64,000 bases of DNA from an uncultured Verrucomicrobiae bacterium. Lineage in GTDB: Bacteria > Chlamydiota > Chlamydiia > Chlamydiales > Rhabdochlamydiaceae. The position numbers and the translations under genes are program-made. The number at the start of each line of letters is the position of its first letter. Within the stretch, counting starts at the first letter, position 1. Below are positions 1-8,349 of the stretch, piece by piece. The stretch spans positions 442,075 to 506,074 of the forward strand of contig CAWFUG010000009.1 of assembly GCA_963818965.1 (NCBI GenBank). Direction: 5' to 3'. The notes beneath the pieces were generated by a model. The model saw nothing but the letters and a program-made list of their open reading frames with translations, made no database searches and was not told the origin of the DNA.

Positions 1-27
1 CAGCATGTTTTTGGTCTGTTCACCCAT
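1..27 (-). CDS. N-terminus of probable MlaD/MCE protein (runs off window)
   Basis: ATG at 27 overlaps the end of mlaF and reads MGEQTKNML; identity inferred only from mlaE-mlaF-(mlaD) gene order. Confidence 0.4.
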
Positions 28-802
28 GGTGGTTTTTCTCCTTTAAGGTTCTGGGATCTTGAGAGATCGTACAATAGAGGAATTTAATAAGGGGATCGTC
101 GATCTTCAAGAAAGCGTCTGGTTCTGCGATGTGTGCGATTTTTCCATCGCGAATGAGTGCGAGCCGGTCTCCGACGTAGAGAGCAGAGAACATGTCGTGT
201 GTGACTACGATACTCGTCGCTTTGAGCTCTTCTTTGGTTTTGACGATGAGTTCATTGATCTGCATGGCGATGATTGGGTCTAGACCTGTCGTCGGTTCAT
301 CGTAGAGGATGATTTTAGGACGGTAGACGATGACACGCGCGAGTGCTGCTCTTTTGCGCATCCCTCCAGAAAGCTCTGAGGGCATTTTTTTATGCGTTCC
401 CTGAAGGCCGACGAGTTCGAGAGCATAGGAGACGCGGTCTGCGATCTCTTTCTTTGAGAGTCTTTTTCCCGTTTCTAAATCGCCGTGTTCTGTCAGGTAG
501 AAGCCGGTATTTTCTTCCACATTCATCGAATCGAAGAGGGCGCCTCCTTGAAAGAGCATTCCCATTTGGTGGATGAATTTAAAGAGTTCTGATCGGTCGA
601 GGTCGGTGATGCGCAAGCTGTCGATGTCAATCGTCCCTGCATCGGGTTTTAAGAGGCCGATGATGTGCTTGAGCAGCACACTCTTGCCGATTCCCGAAGG
701 GCCGAGGATGACGACGGTCTCTCCTTCTTCAATCTGGAGGTCGAGCCCGCTTAAGACCTGTACTTTTCCAAATTTCTTCCACAAGTTGCAAATCTTAATC
801 AT
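20..802 (-). CDS. mlaF: ABC transporter ATP-binding protein, MlaF/Mkl family
   Basis: Walker A GPSGIGKS, signature LSGGMRKR, Walker B ILYDEPT, FQGGALFDSM; adjacent to MlaE. Confidence 0.9.
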   Translation of the reverse strand: MIKICNLWKKFGKVQVLSGLDLQIEEGETVVILGPSGIGKSVLLKHIIGLLKPDAGTIDIDSLRITDLDRSELFKFIHQMGMLFQGGALFDSMNVEENTGFYLTEHGDLETGKRLSKKEIADRVSYALELVGLQGTHKKMPSELSGGMRKRAALARVIVYRPKIILYDEPTTGLDPIIAMQINELIVKTKEELKATSIVVTHDMFSALYVGDRLALIRDGKIAHIAEPDAFLKIDDPLIKFLYCTISQDPRTLKEKNHHG

Positions 803-1623
803 AGAAACCTAGAGATTTGGTCGTGGAGGATATTGAGAGAGACGGTGAGGAAGAAATTAATCAATAGAATGGCGCAATAGGTGATGACGACGCTACTGGT
901 CGTAGCTCTCCCGACACCAGCGGCCCCGCCCGTGGTGCGCAGCCCCTTAAAACAGGCGATGGTGAGGATGAGGATGCCGAAGATGAATCCCTTGATGATT
1001 CCCGTCATAAAGTCGAAATAAGTCACGTGAGTCGGGATCGGATCGAAATAGGTATTCGGCGCCATGCCGAAGAAATAGACAGCGATGAGATAGCCCCCAA
1101 AAATGCCCATGACGATCCCGAAGATCGTGAGAAGGGGCATCATGAGGATCCCAGAGATGAATCGAGGCGCTAGAAGGTAGCGATTCGGATTGACGGACAT
1201 CGTCTGGAGCGCGTCGATCTGTTCTGAGACGCGCATCGTTCCGAGTTCTGCACACATCGCAGCGCCCACACGCCCTGTCACCATGAATGCCGTCAATACA
1301 GGCCCGAGCTCTGTCATCATCGCCTTAGCGACCATGAGCCCTGTGACAGAAGCGAGGCCTTTATCGGATAATTGATAAAAAGATTGTGCAGCGAGTACGA
1401 GCCCTGTCGAAAATCCCGTGATTGCGACGACGGGAAGCGACGCGACCCCGATGTCATAGAGCTGTTGAAGGATGAGACGGAGGTGGGGAGGACGCTGCAG
1501 TGTCGCTTTAGCGACCTGTAAAATGAGAGTGATGTATTCCCCGAGGGCGATCACGATCCCCATTCTCTGGAGAACTTTGACCCACGTCGAATGGTTATTC
1601 TGATTTTCTACACTAGCTTCCAT
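799..1623 (-). CDS. mlaE: MlaE family lipid asymmetry ABC permease
   Basis: ELGPVLTA...GRVGAAMCAELGTMRVSEQIDAL and GAAGVGRATT motifs. Confidence 0.9.
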   Translation of the reverse strand: MEASVENQNNHSTWVKVLQRMGIVIALGEYITLILQVAKATLQRPPHLRLILQQLYDIGVASLPVVAITGFSTGLVLAAQSFYQLSDKGLASVTGLMVAKAMMTELGPVLTAFMVTGRVGAAMCAELGTMRVSEQIDALQTMSVNPNRYLLAPRFISGILMMPLLTIFGIVMGIFGGYLIAVYFFGMAPNTYFDPIPTHVTYFDFMTGIIKGFIFGILILTIACFKGLRTTGGAAGVGRATTSSVVITYCAILLINFFLTVSLNILHDQISRFL

Positions 1624-1676
1624 ATCCGCATTGTAGAAAAAATACTATTTTTAGGGACATATCTAATTGATATCCC

Positions 1677-1750
1677 TTCCCTCTCTGTGGTTTTCCCTCT
1701 CTGTGGTTAAAAAATTTTCACCACAGAGAGTGGAAACCACAGAGAGGGAA
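1677..1750. repeat. Palindromic repeat, family A (CCACAGAGAG arms)
   Basis: Two CTCTCTGTGG units followed by two CCACAGAGAG units form a long inverted repeat. Confidence 0.85.
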
Positions 1751-1756
1751 AAGACC

Positions 1757-2179
1757 TTATATCCCTAGGGAATCGAGGTAATTTTGGAGGATGACGACTG
1801 CGGAGAGGCTGTCACTGAGCTGAGCGCGTTTTTTGCGAGAGACTTCAGCGTCTTTGAGCATCCGATCGACTTGGGAGGAGGTGAGTCTTTCATCCCAAAA
1901 CAGCACGGGGATGGCGAGGGCTTCGCCTAGAGCCGTTCCAAAGGCTTTTGCCAAAAGCGCCATGTCTCCCTCTTTGCCGCTGAGCAACAGGGGATGTCCG
2001 ACGATGATTTTTTCGATAGGACCGAGGGGGGCAAGCTCTTTTTGGATGAGGGCGATGGTGGCCGTCTTCTCTTTAGCGACGCGAATGGTCGGAAGGCTAC
2101 GTGCGATGATCTTCCTCTCATCAGAAACCGCGAGCCCGATCCGTACCGTTCCAAAATCAACTCCGACAATTCTTCCCAA
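1757..2179 (-). CDS. yqgF: YqgF/RuvX family pre-16S rRNA nuclease
   Basis: GVDFGTVRIGLAVSD, WDERLTS and DSLSAVVILQ motifs. Confidence 0.9.
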   Translation of the reverse strand: MGRIVGVDFGTVRIGLAVSDERKIIARSLPTIRVAKEKTATIALIQKELAPLGPIEKIIVGHPLLLSGKEGDMALLAKAFGTALGEALAIPVLFWDERLTSSQVDRMLKDAEVSRKKRAQLSDSLSAVVILQNYLDSLGI

Positions 2180-3803
2180 CGGGCTCTCTCATTTTATTTT
2201 TTAGGACAGCGCCGATAAACTCTCGAAAAAGGGGATGGGGCTCGGCGGGTTTTGATTTGAATTCGGGATGGAACTGGACCCCGAGCATCCACGGATGGTC
2301 TTTGATCTCAGCGATCTCGCAGAGATCTCCTTCTTCGAAAATGCCCGATAGGATGAGTCCGTTGTCTTCGCAGGCTTGTTTGTAGGTGTTATTGAATTCG
2401 AAGCGATGGCGGTGGCGCTCTGAGATCTTATTTGTGCCATACGCCAGCTCTGCTTTTGTGCCGGGAAGGACGCGACAAGAAAAGGCGCCGAGGCGCATCG
2501 TGCCTCCGAGTTCCTCAACCCCTCTTTGTTCACTGAGCAAAGAGATGATCGGGTGGGAAGTCGCAGGATCGATTTCTGTCGAGTTCGCATCGTGTAGGTC
2601 GAGCACGTGTCTCGCGAATTCGACACAGAGCACTTGCATGCCTAGACACAGACCAAAATAGGGGATGTTATTTTCCCTGCAGTACTTCGCCGTCATGATC
2701 TTGCCCATCCAGCCCCGCTCTCCAAAGCCTCCAGGGACGAGATAGCCATCACAGCCACCGATCACCTTTTCGACAGAACCGAGATCGAGTACTTTATCCG
2801 ATTCGAATCGGCGGATTTCGATCTCGACTTGATTAGCGAGAGCCCCATGGTAGAGGGCCTCGAAGACAGATTTATAGGCATCTTGATGCTGTAAATACTT
2901 ACCGACGATCCCGATGACCACTTTCCCCTTGGGATTTTTTAAAGTGTGGAGCATCGCTTCCCATTTTAAGAGGTCAGCGCGCTGGGAAGGGAGATTCAGG
3001 AGCTGGCAGATTTTATCGTCTAAGTGTTGGCGGTGTAGATTGAGGGGCACCTCGTAGATGCAAGGGACGTCGGGGATATCGATAACGCCTTCTTTAGAGA
3101 CGCTGCAAAAGAGACTGATCTTATCCTTGAGCTCTTCAGAAAGGCTCTCTTCACAACGACAGAGGATCAGATTGGGGATGATCCCGATACTGCGCAATGT
3201 CTGTACAGAGTGTTGGGTGGGTTTTGTCTTGAGCTCTCCTGCCGCTTTTAGAAAGGGGACATAGGTCAGGTGGATGTTGAGACAATCGGAGGGTCTTTCA
3301 TGGCAGAATTGACGAATCGCTTCAAAGAAGGGCAAAGATTCGATATCGCCGACGGTCCCGCCGATCTCGACAAGAACGACATCAGTCTGGGGCATTTGTC
3401 GTGAGCAAGCGATGATCCTCTGTTTGATCTCATCGGTGACATGGGGGATGACTTGCACTGTCTTACCGAGATAATCCCCACGCCGTTCCGATTTGATGAC
3501 AGCATCATAGATCTGGCCCGAAGTGGCATTAGAAAGGCGGGAAAGAGGGGTATTGGTCAGGCGGTGGTAATGGCCTAAATCCAAGTCGGTTTCCGCTCCA
3601 TCGTCTGTGACGTAGACCTCTCCATGCTGGAAGGGGTTCATCGTGCCTGGATCGACGTTGAGGTAAGGATCGAGCTTTAACATCGCAATTTTGAGGCCTC
3701 TGGACTCTAAAAGCATCGCGATGGAAGCTGAGGTAAGCCCCTTGCCCAGGGAAGAGACCACGCCCCCGCTAATAAAAATATATTTTGTCGATTGCATGCA
3801 CAA
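2157..3803 (-). CDS. pyrG: CTP synthase
   Basis: GGVVSSLGKG, KLDPYLNVDPGTMNPFQHGEV, GLCLGMQ, ERHRHR, QFHPEF. Confidence 0.97.
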   Translation of the reverse strand: MCMQSTKYIFISGGVVSSLGKGLTSASIAMLLESRGLKIAMLKLDPYLNVDPGTMNPFQHGEVYVTDDGAETDLDLGHYHRLTNTPLSRLSNATSGQIYDAVIKSERRGDYLGKTVQVIPHVTDEIKQRIIACSRQMPQTDVVLVEIGGTVGDIESLPFFEAIRQFCHERPSDCLNIHLTYVPFLKAAGELKTKPTQHSVQTLRSIGIIPNLILCRCEESLSEELKDKISLFCSVSKEGVIDIPDVPCIYEVPLNLHRQHLDDKICQLLNLPSQRADLLKWEAMLHTLKNPKGKVVIGIVGKYLQHQDAYKSVFEALYHGALANQVEIEIRRFESDKVLDLGSVEKVIGGCDGYLVPGGFGERGWMGKIMTAKYCRENNIPYFGLCLGMQVLCVEFARHVLDLHDANSTEIDPATSHPIISLLSEQRGVEELGGTMRLGAFSCRVLPGTKAELAYGTNKISERHRHRFEFNNTYKQACEDNGLILSGIFEEGDLCEIAEIKDHPWMLGVQFHPEFKSKPAEPHPLFREFIGAVLKNKMREPVGKNCRS

Positions 3804-3963
3804 TCCCCTTACACGTTAAAGAGTAAAGCTGCATTTTAGGGAGGTGGCGCTCGCTAGTCAATTAAAATAAAAATTTAACAGTTTTAAGGCTTTGGTGCGT
3901 TGTTTTTTATTTCCACGTTTTATATAATATAATTAAAAACAATATGTATTTTAAATTAATTCT

Positions 3964-6180
3964 ATGAATTCTGTTTTCTTTTCTGATCACACTTTTGTAA
4001 CGCATCTATTCAGCATTTTTCAGGAAGATGCGCGACATATGCAGGGCACCGATGCTGCTGGACTGCTCGAAATCGAGCGTCTGAAAAATTGCTCGCAGGT
4101 GTGTGAATTGTGGCGCAAATACGCACTGGAGCTCTCTTTAGAAGTAAAGGTCCAAGGGACCCGATTCATCCCTATCGCCGATTATACTCCTCGACTCTAT
4201 GCTGTAGAATATGAGCGTTTTGATTTGCTCCCCTTTATCGATCGATTAGAGCATGGTTTTACGCTAAAAATGGCCAAAATGAAGCTGAGTGCATTGCATC
4301 GGTACGAGATCGATGGGCATTATAAAGTAGACCAAATCACATTTAATCCCGCCGTAGACCACGTCACGCATCACCACTACTTAGCTCAATGGCTTTATCA
4401 GTCTCTGCATCTCTTTTTTTATCACTTCCCCGTCGACGAAACATGGAATGCTTCCTGTAGAGATAAGGCTTTGCGTGCAGTGAATGATTTTCGTGAGAAC
4501 AGTTTCTACTGTACCACTTGTTCTGAGAGTTTTCGAGAATGTAAGCTCGGAGAGGTTCAGAAGGTTTTTGGGAACAAGGCAATCATGTGCGTAGACAGTG
4601 CCAGTCAAGTGTGTGGGAATACCCATTGGGTGAATTTCCTTATTTATGGAAATCAAATCGCCCTTGCAAACCGGGGGAAAAACTCAGATGATTTACCCGG
4701 GGCGTGTATCTATTCCCTGTCAGAGGTCGATCCTTCAATGCCCATGAATCAATTAATCGATTTTTTTCAATATGTCGAGCCAGACGTTCATCTAAAGCTA
4801 TCTCATCAAAGGAGTGGCTCTTGTTCGCGCACTAGTTTTGAGGGAGATTTTCTCAGCCTCATTTTTTTCATTCTAGAGGAGGAACATGCTTTACACGGAT
4901 TGAAAGACAATAAGACCATCTACCGGGTTTTCAATGCATGGAGACAAGCGGATCATTCTCAGGGATTATATGAAATCATGCATGAGGATCTGTCGATAAA
5001 TTATGATCCTCATCTGCTCGTTCGCGTGCTTGCAGCATTTAATGGATCCCCAGAAGAGGTAGAAACATTTTACGATTTTCTAAGGGATACAAAACAAGTC
5101 GATTGGGATTTGATCAATAAAACGGAAGATACGGCGGGGAAGGTTCCTGTCAATTACATCCCGCTTGAGGATTTTCCTAAGAAAGAGAGGCTTTTTGCTC
5201 GAGAACTCATAGCTGCTTATCGCAATCAAGCTTTGAAGGAGATTTGGAGAGCCTGCCATTCTCTCTTTGCAAAGAGAGCTGCACCTAAGGTAAACGCTTC
5301 CATCGATGAAATTAGGGCCTTTTTTCTCGATCTGAACAACGCACCTTTATTCGATCGGTGTAGGACCCTCACATTAGCGGGATCTGAGTTAAAGGAGCTG
5401 CCTCAAGAGGAAATGAGGATTTTACGAAAGGTAGATAAGCTGAATCTTTCTTATAATGCATTTAGCCATTTTCCAAAATGGGAGTTTTCCAATTTAAAAT
5501 GGTTAAATATGGATGTGAATTTGATCGAGAGCTTTGAAGGGTTTCAAAACGACTCTATTGAGCATCTGTCTGCTAATGGGAATACGATTTCTGTTGTTTC
5601 AGATCTAGTTTTTTTAAATCTAAAAATTCTCAGTCTTAAAAGGAATGGGTTGTCGGATTTCTCAAATATGAACCTGCCTAATTTAATCATTTTGAATCTT
5701 CGTTCTAATGAGATTGAGAAAATTGAAAATTGTTTTTTTCCAAAACTGAAGAAGCTCTCTTTGGATGAGAATCTGTTAACCGAGATTCCCGATTCTATCC
5801 GCAATCTCTCTGAATTGGAAATACTCTCGCTGTCTGAAAATGATATTTCTGAAGTCAATGGCTTGAACTTTCCCAATTTGTCTTGGTGGGATCTTTCAGC
5901 AAATCAACTGACTGCAGTTCCCGATCTAAAGCTGCGCAACTTAAAGTACTGGGATTTAGGAAGCAATCGATTGCGTTCGGTGCCCAACTTTACAGGTCTT
6001 GAAAATTTGATCGAATTGAATCTATCTCTGAATGAGATCCAATCAGTACCCGATTTTAAAGACCTGGCTCGATTAAGATCCCTGTCGCTCAGCTGCAACA
6101 GGCTCAGAGAAAAGCCCGTCTTCACACGCCTACACCCCACCATGACCATCGATCTGACTAGCAACCCGTTCAAAAGATAA
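3964..6180 (+). CDS. Leucine-rich repeat protein, candidate secreted effector
   Basis: C-terminal ~270 aa of LxxLxLxxN repeats; F-box-like SQVCELWR near the N-terminus; AT-rich upstream region. Confidence 0.8.
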   Translation: MNSVFFSDHTFVTHLFSIFQEDARHMQGTDAAGLLEIERLKNCSQVCELWRKYALELSLEVKVQGTRFIPIADYTPRLYAVEYERFDLLPFIDRLEHGFTLKMAKMKLSALHRYEIDGHYKVDQITFNPAVDHVTHHHYLAQWLYQSLHLFFYHFPVDETWNASCRDKALRAVNDFRENSFYCTTCSESFRECKLGEVQKVFGNKAIMCVDSASQVCGNTHWVNFLIYGNQIALANRGKNSDDLPGACIYSLSEVDPSMPMNQLIDFFQYVEPDVHLKLSHQRSGSCSRTSFEGDFLSLIFFILEEEHALHGLKDNKTIYRVFNAWRQADHSQGLYEIMHEDLSINYDPHLLVRVLAAFNGSPEEVETFYDFLRDTKQVDWDLINKTEDTAGKVPVNYIPLEDFPKKERLFARELIAAYRNQALKEIWRACHSLFAKRAAPKVNASIDEIRAFFLDLNNAPLFDRCRTLTLAGSELKELPQEEMRILRKVDKLNLSYNAFSHFPKWEFSNLKWLNMDVNLIESFEGFQNDSIEHLSANGNTISVVSDLVFLNLKILSLKRNGLSDFSNMNLPNLIILNLRSNEIEKIENCFFPKLKKLSLDENLLTEIPDSIRNLSELEILSLSENDISEVNGLNFPNLSWWDLSANQLTAVPDLKLRNLKYWDLGSNRLRSVPNFTGLENLIELNLSLNEIQSVPDFKDLARLRSLSLSCNRLREKPVFTRLHPTMTIDLTSNPFKR

Positions 6181-6183
6181 GTC

Positions 6184-6420
6184 TTAATACGAAGCCTTGT
6201 AAAAAACGAACTCAGTGCTTTTGTTTTCCTTTAATGAAGTGTATAGAATTTCTTCATCTTTTCCTTTTGGGATTTTTATTACTCCGAAATTAGGATCAAA
6301 AAAGAAATTTTGTCCTTTGTTTTTGAAGTAGACGCAAGTATGGCCTTCATCTTTTTTTGGATCGCCCTGCTTGAAAATATAGAATCCATTTGGTTGGATT
6401 TTGCTTTGTTGCTGAAATTC
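6184..6420 (-). pseudogene. C-terminal remnant of a YopT/C58-like cysteine protease domain
   Basis: Open frame with no start codon, hand-translated as ...PNGFYIFKQGDPKKDEGHTCVYFKNKGQNFFFDPNFGVIKIP...KASY*; GH and FFDPNFG motifs present. Confidence 0.55.
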
Positions 6421-6495
6421 ACCACAGAGCCTTGGGAAGGGGGGCGTCTCGGTCCTTAATTTTATACTCTACCCCTTCCATCATCTAGATGTAAC

Positions 6496-6524
6496 TTGGG
6501 TCAAAATCGGATCCAATCTATAAT
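6496..6524 (+). promoter_or_regulatory. Sigma70/sigma66-type promoter for the IS110 left-end RNA and transposase
   Basis: Perfect TATAAT at 6519-6524; TTGGGT 17 bp upstream at 6496-6501. Confidence 0.55.
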
Positions 6525-6528
6525 TCCT

Positions 6529-6670
6529 CCTCGTAATGTAGAGGCCGAGCTATCATTGGCGCTTGTAAGCCCGGCACAGAGAATGGCACGCAAAAGGTCA
6601 CGTAAGCATCGCTGGTGAGATCGTAAGATCATCCCGTTTAGGAGAATGTTGGCTTAACACCTTTTGCACA
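6529..6670 (+). ncRNA. Putative bridge/seek RNA of the IS110 element
   Basis: 5' hairpin CCTC/GAGG; two parallel loops CCCG-g-CACAGAG-AATG (6570-6585) and CCCG-t-TTAGGAG-AATG (6633-6648); stem GCAAAAGGT/ACCTTTTGC (6590-6598/6659-6667). Confidence 0.7.
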
Positions 6671-6694
6671 TTGCACTTAACCCAAGGAATTTTC

Positions 6695-8052
6695 ATGAAC
6701 ACCGAAATCGTGAATCAATCATCATCCATTAAAATTATCAATCCGAACGCTGCAGGAATAGACATAGGGGCTTCCTCCCATTTCGTTGCAGTGCCCGAAA
6801 ACAGAAGTAAAGAGTTTGTTAAAGAATTTGGGTGCTTTACCCCAGATATTGAAAACATGATTACATGGTTAAGGGAATGCAAAATCAAAACAATAGTTAT
6901 GGAATCGACTGGATCCTATTGGATACCGGTCTTTGAAATGCTGGATCAAGCCGGATTTGAGGTAAAATTGGTAGATGCCCACCATGTAAAGAATGTAAGA
7001 GGACGCAAGTCAGATGTAATAGACTGTCAGTGGCTTCAACAATTGCACACCCACGGCCTACTCTCGGCAGCTTTCCGTCCAGAAAATGAGATAGTAGAGC
7101 TAAGAAGTTTCCTCAGACAAAGGTCCATGCTCATTGAAACAGCCTCTATGCATATCCAACACATGCAAAAGGCACTCGTTCAAATGAACCTACACCTGAA
7201 CAATGTGATAAGTGACATCACTGGAGCAACAGGTATAGCTATAATAAGAGCGATTGTGTCAGGGGAAAGAAACCTCGATAATTTGGCAAAACTAAGAGAC
7301 CCTCGGTGTAAACAACCTGAATCTGTAATCAGGAAATCTCTTCAAGGCAACTACCGACCAGAACACCTATTTGCCTTAAAACAAGCCCTTGAAGCCTACG
7401 ACTTTTTCCAAAAAAAAATCGCCGAATGCGACAACGAGATAAAAAAAAACTCGAAGTGCTCTCCCCAATAAAAGAGACACCCTCACTGACAAAAAAGCCA
7501 AAAAAGCTAAAAAAATACGAATACGCTTTTAATGTAGCCGACCACCTAAAACAGCTCATAGGAACGGACCTAACAACGGTACCCGGGATAGACGTAAGCA
7601 CTGCTCTGAAGTTAATCTCGGAAATAGGAACAAATATAAGAAAATGGCCAACAGAAAAACACTTCTGTGCCTGGCTAGGATTATGTCCTGGCACCAGAAT
7701 ATCCGGAGGAAGGCGAATTAGTAGCCACACCTCGCATTGTACCAATAAGGCAGCGATTGCATTGAGAATGGCAGCAAGCTCATTATACAAAAGCAAAACA
7801 GCACTTGGAGCTCACTTAAGACGCATGAAAGCACGTATGGGTCCTGTTGAAGCAGTGACGGCAACAGCCCACAAAATGGCAAGGGCCCTTTATCAGATGA
7901 TACTGCGAAAAGAAGACTTTAGAGAAGCTGGCTCAGACTTTTACGATAAACTACACCAAGACAAAACACTGAAATTTTTGAAGAAGAGAGCCGCCTCCAT
8001 GGGATATGTCCTAACTGAAATGGAAAAAATGAAAAGCGCTGTGCACCAATAA
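6695..8052 (+). CDS. IS110 family transposase/recombinase, split by a -1 frameshift at the A9 run 7441-7449
   Basis: GIDIG, MESTG and KSDVID (DEDD RuvC-like domain) in ORF1; C-terminal domain with WLGLCPGTRISGG in ORF2; RBS AAGGA before ATG 6695. Confidence 0.88.
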
Positions 8053-8075
8053 CTTAGCTTGAAGTTACTTAGGAG

Positions 8076-8212
8076 AGGGGAAACCACAGAGAGGAAATTC
8101 ATATTAAAAAGTTTCCTCTCTGTGGTTTTTCCTCTCTGTGGTGAAATTGCATCTATTCAGAATGGAATAATGGGGAGCTAGATTAGCTCCTCATGGATGA
8201 TGCAACAACGCC
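8076..8212. repeat. Right part of the family A MITE interrupted by IS110
   Basis: CCACAGAGAGG/CCTCTCTGTGG arms; TGCATCTATTCAGAATGGAAT shared with 33337-33360; ends in ATGCAACAACGCC. Confidence 0.8.
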
Positions 8213-8349
8213 GAGACCGTCTCTAATCGCTTGACTTCTTTACCTCGCTTCGCATAAAAGTGGGTATGAACCTATCCTTATAAAAAATTTCAGTCGATTT
8301 TCGGGGATGGTTTTGTAGCACTTTTGTTTTTGCGGGGGCTTTAAAGTTT

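Larger units (their letters stand above)
6430..8075 (+). mobile_element. IS110 family insertion sequence
   Basis: DEDD transposase; GAG core at both 6427-6429 and 8073-8075; removing the element restores a family A palindrome; no terminal inverted repeats. Confidence 0.85.

Noticed and set aside
1677..1750. CCACAGAGAG repeats as a CRISPR array
   Set aside because: The units are inverted and dispersed, with no regular unique spacers and no cas genes in the window
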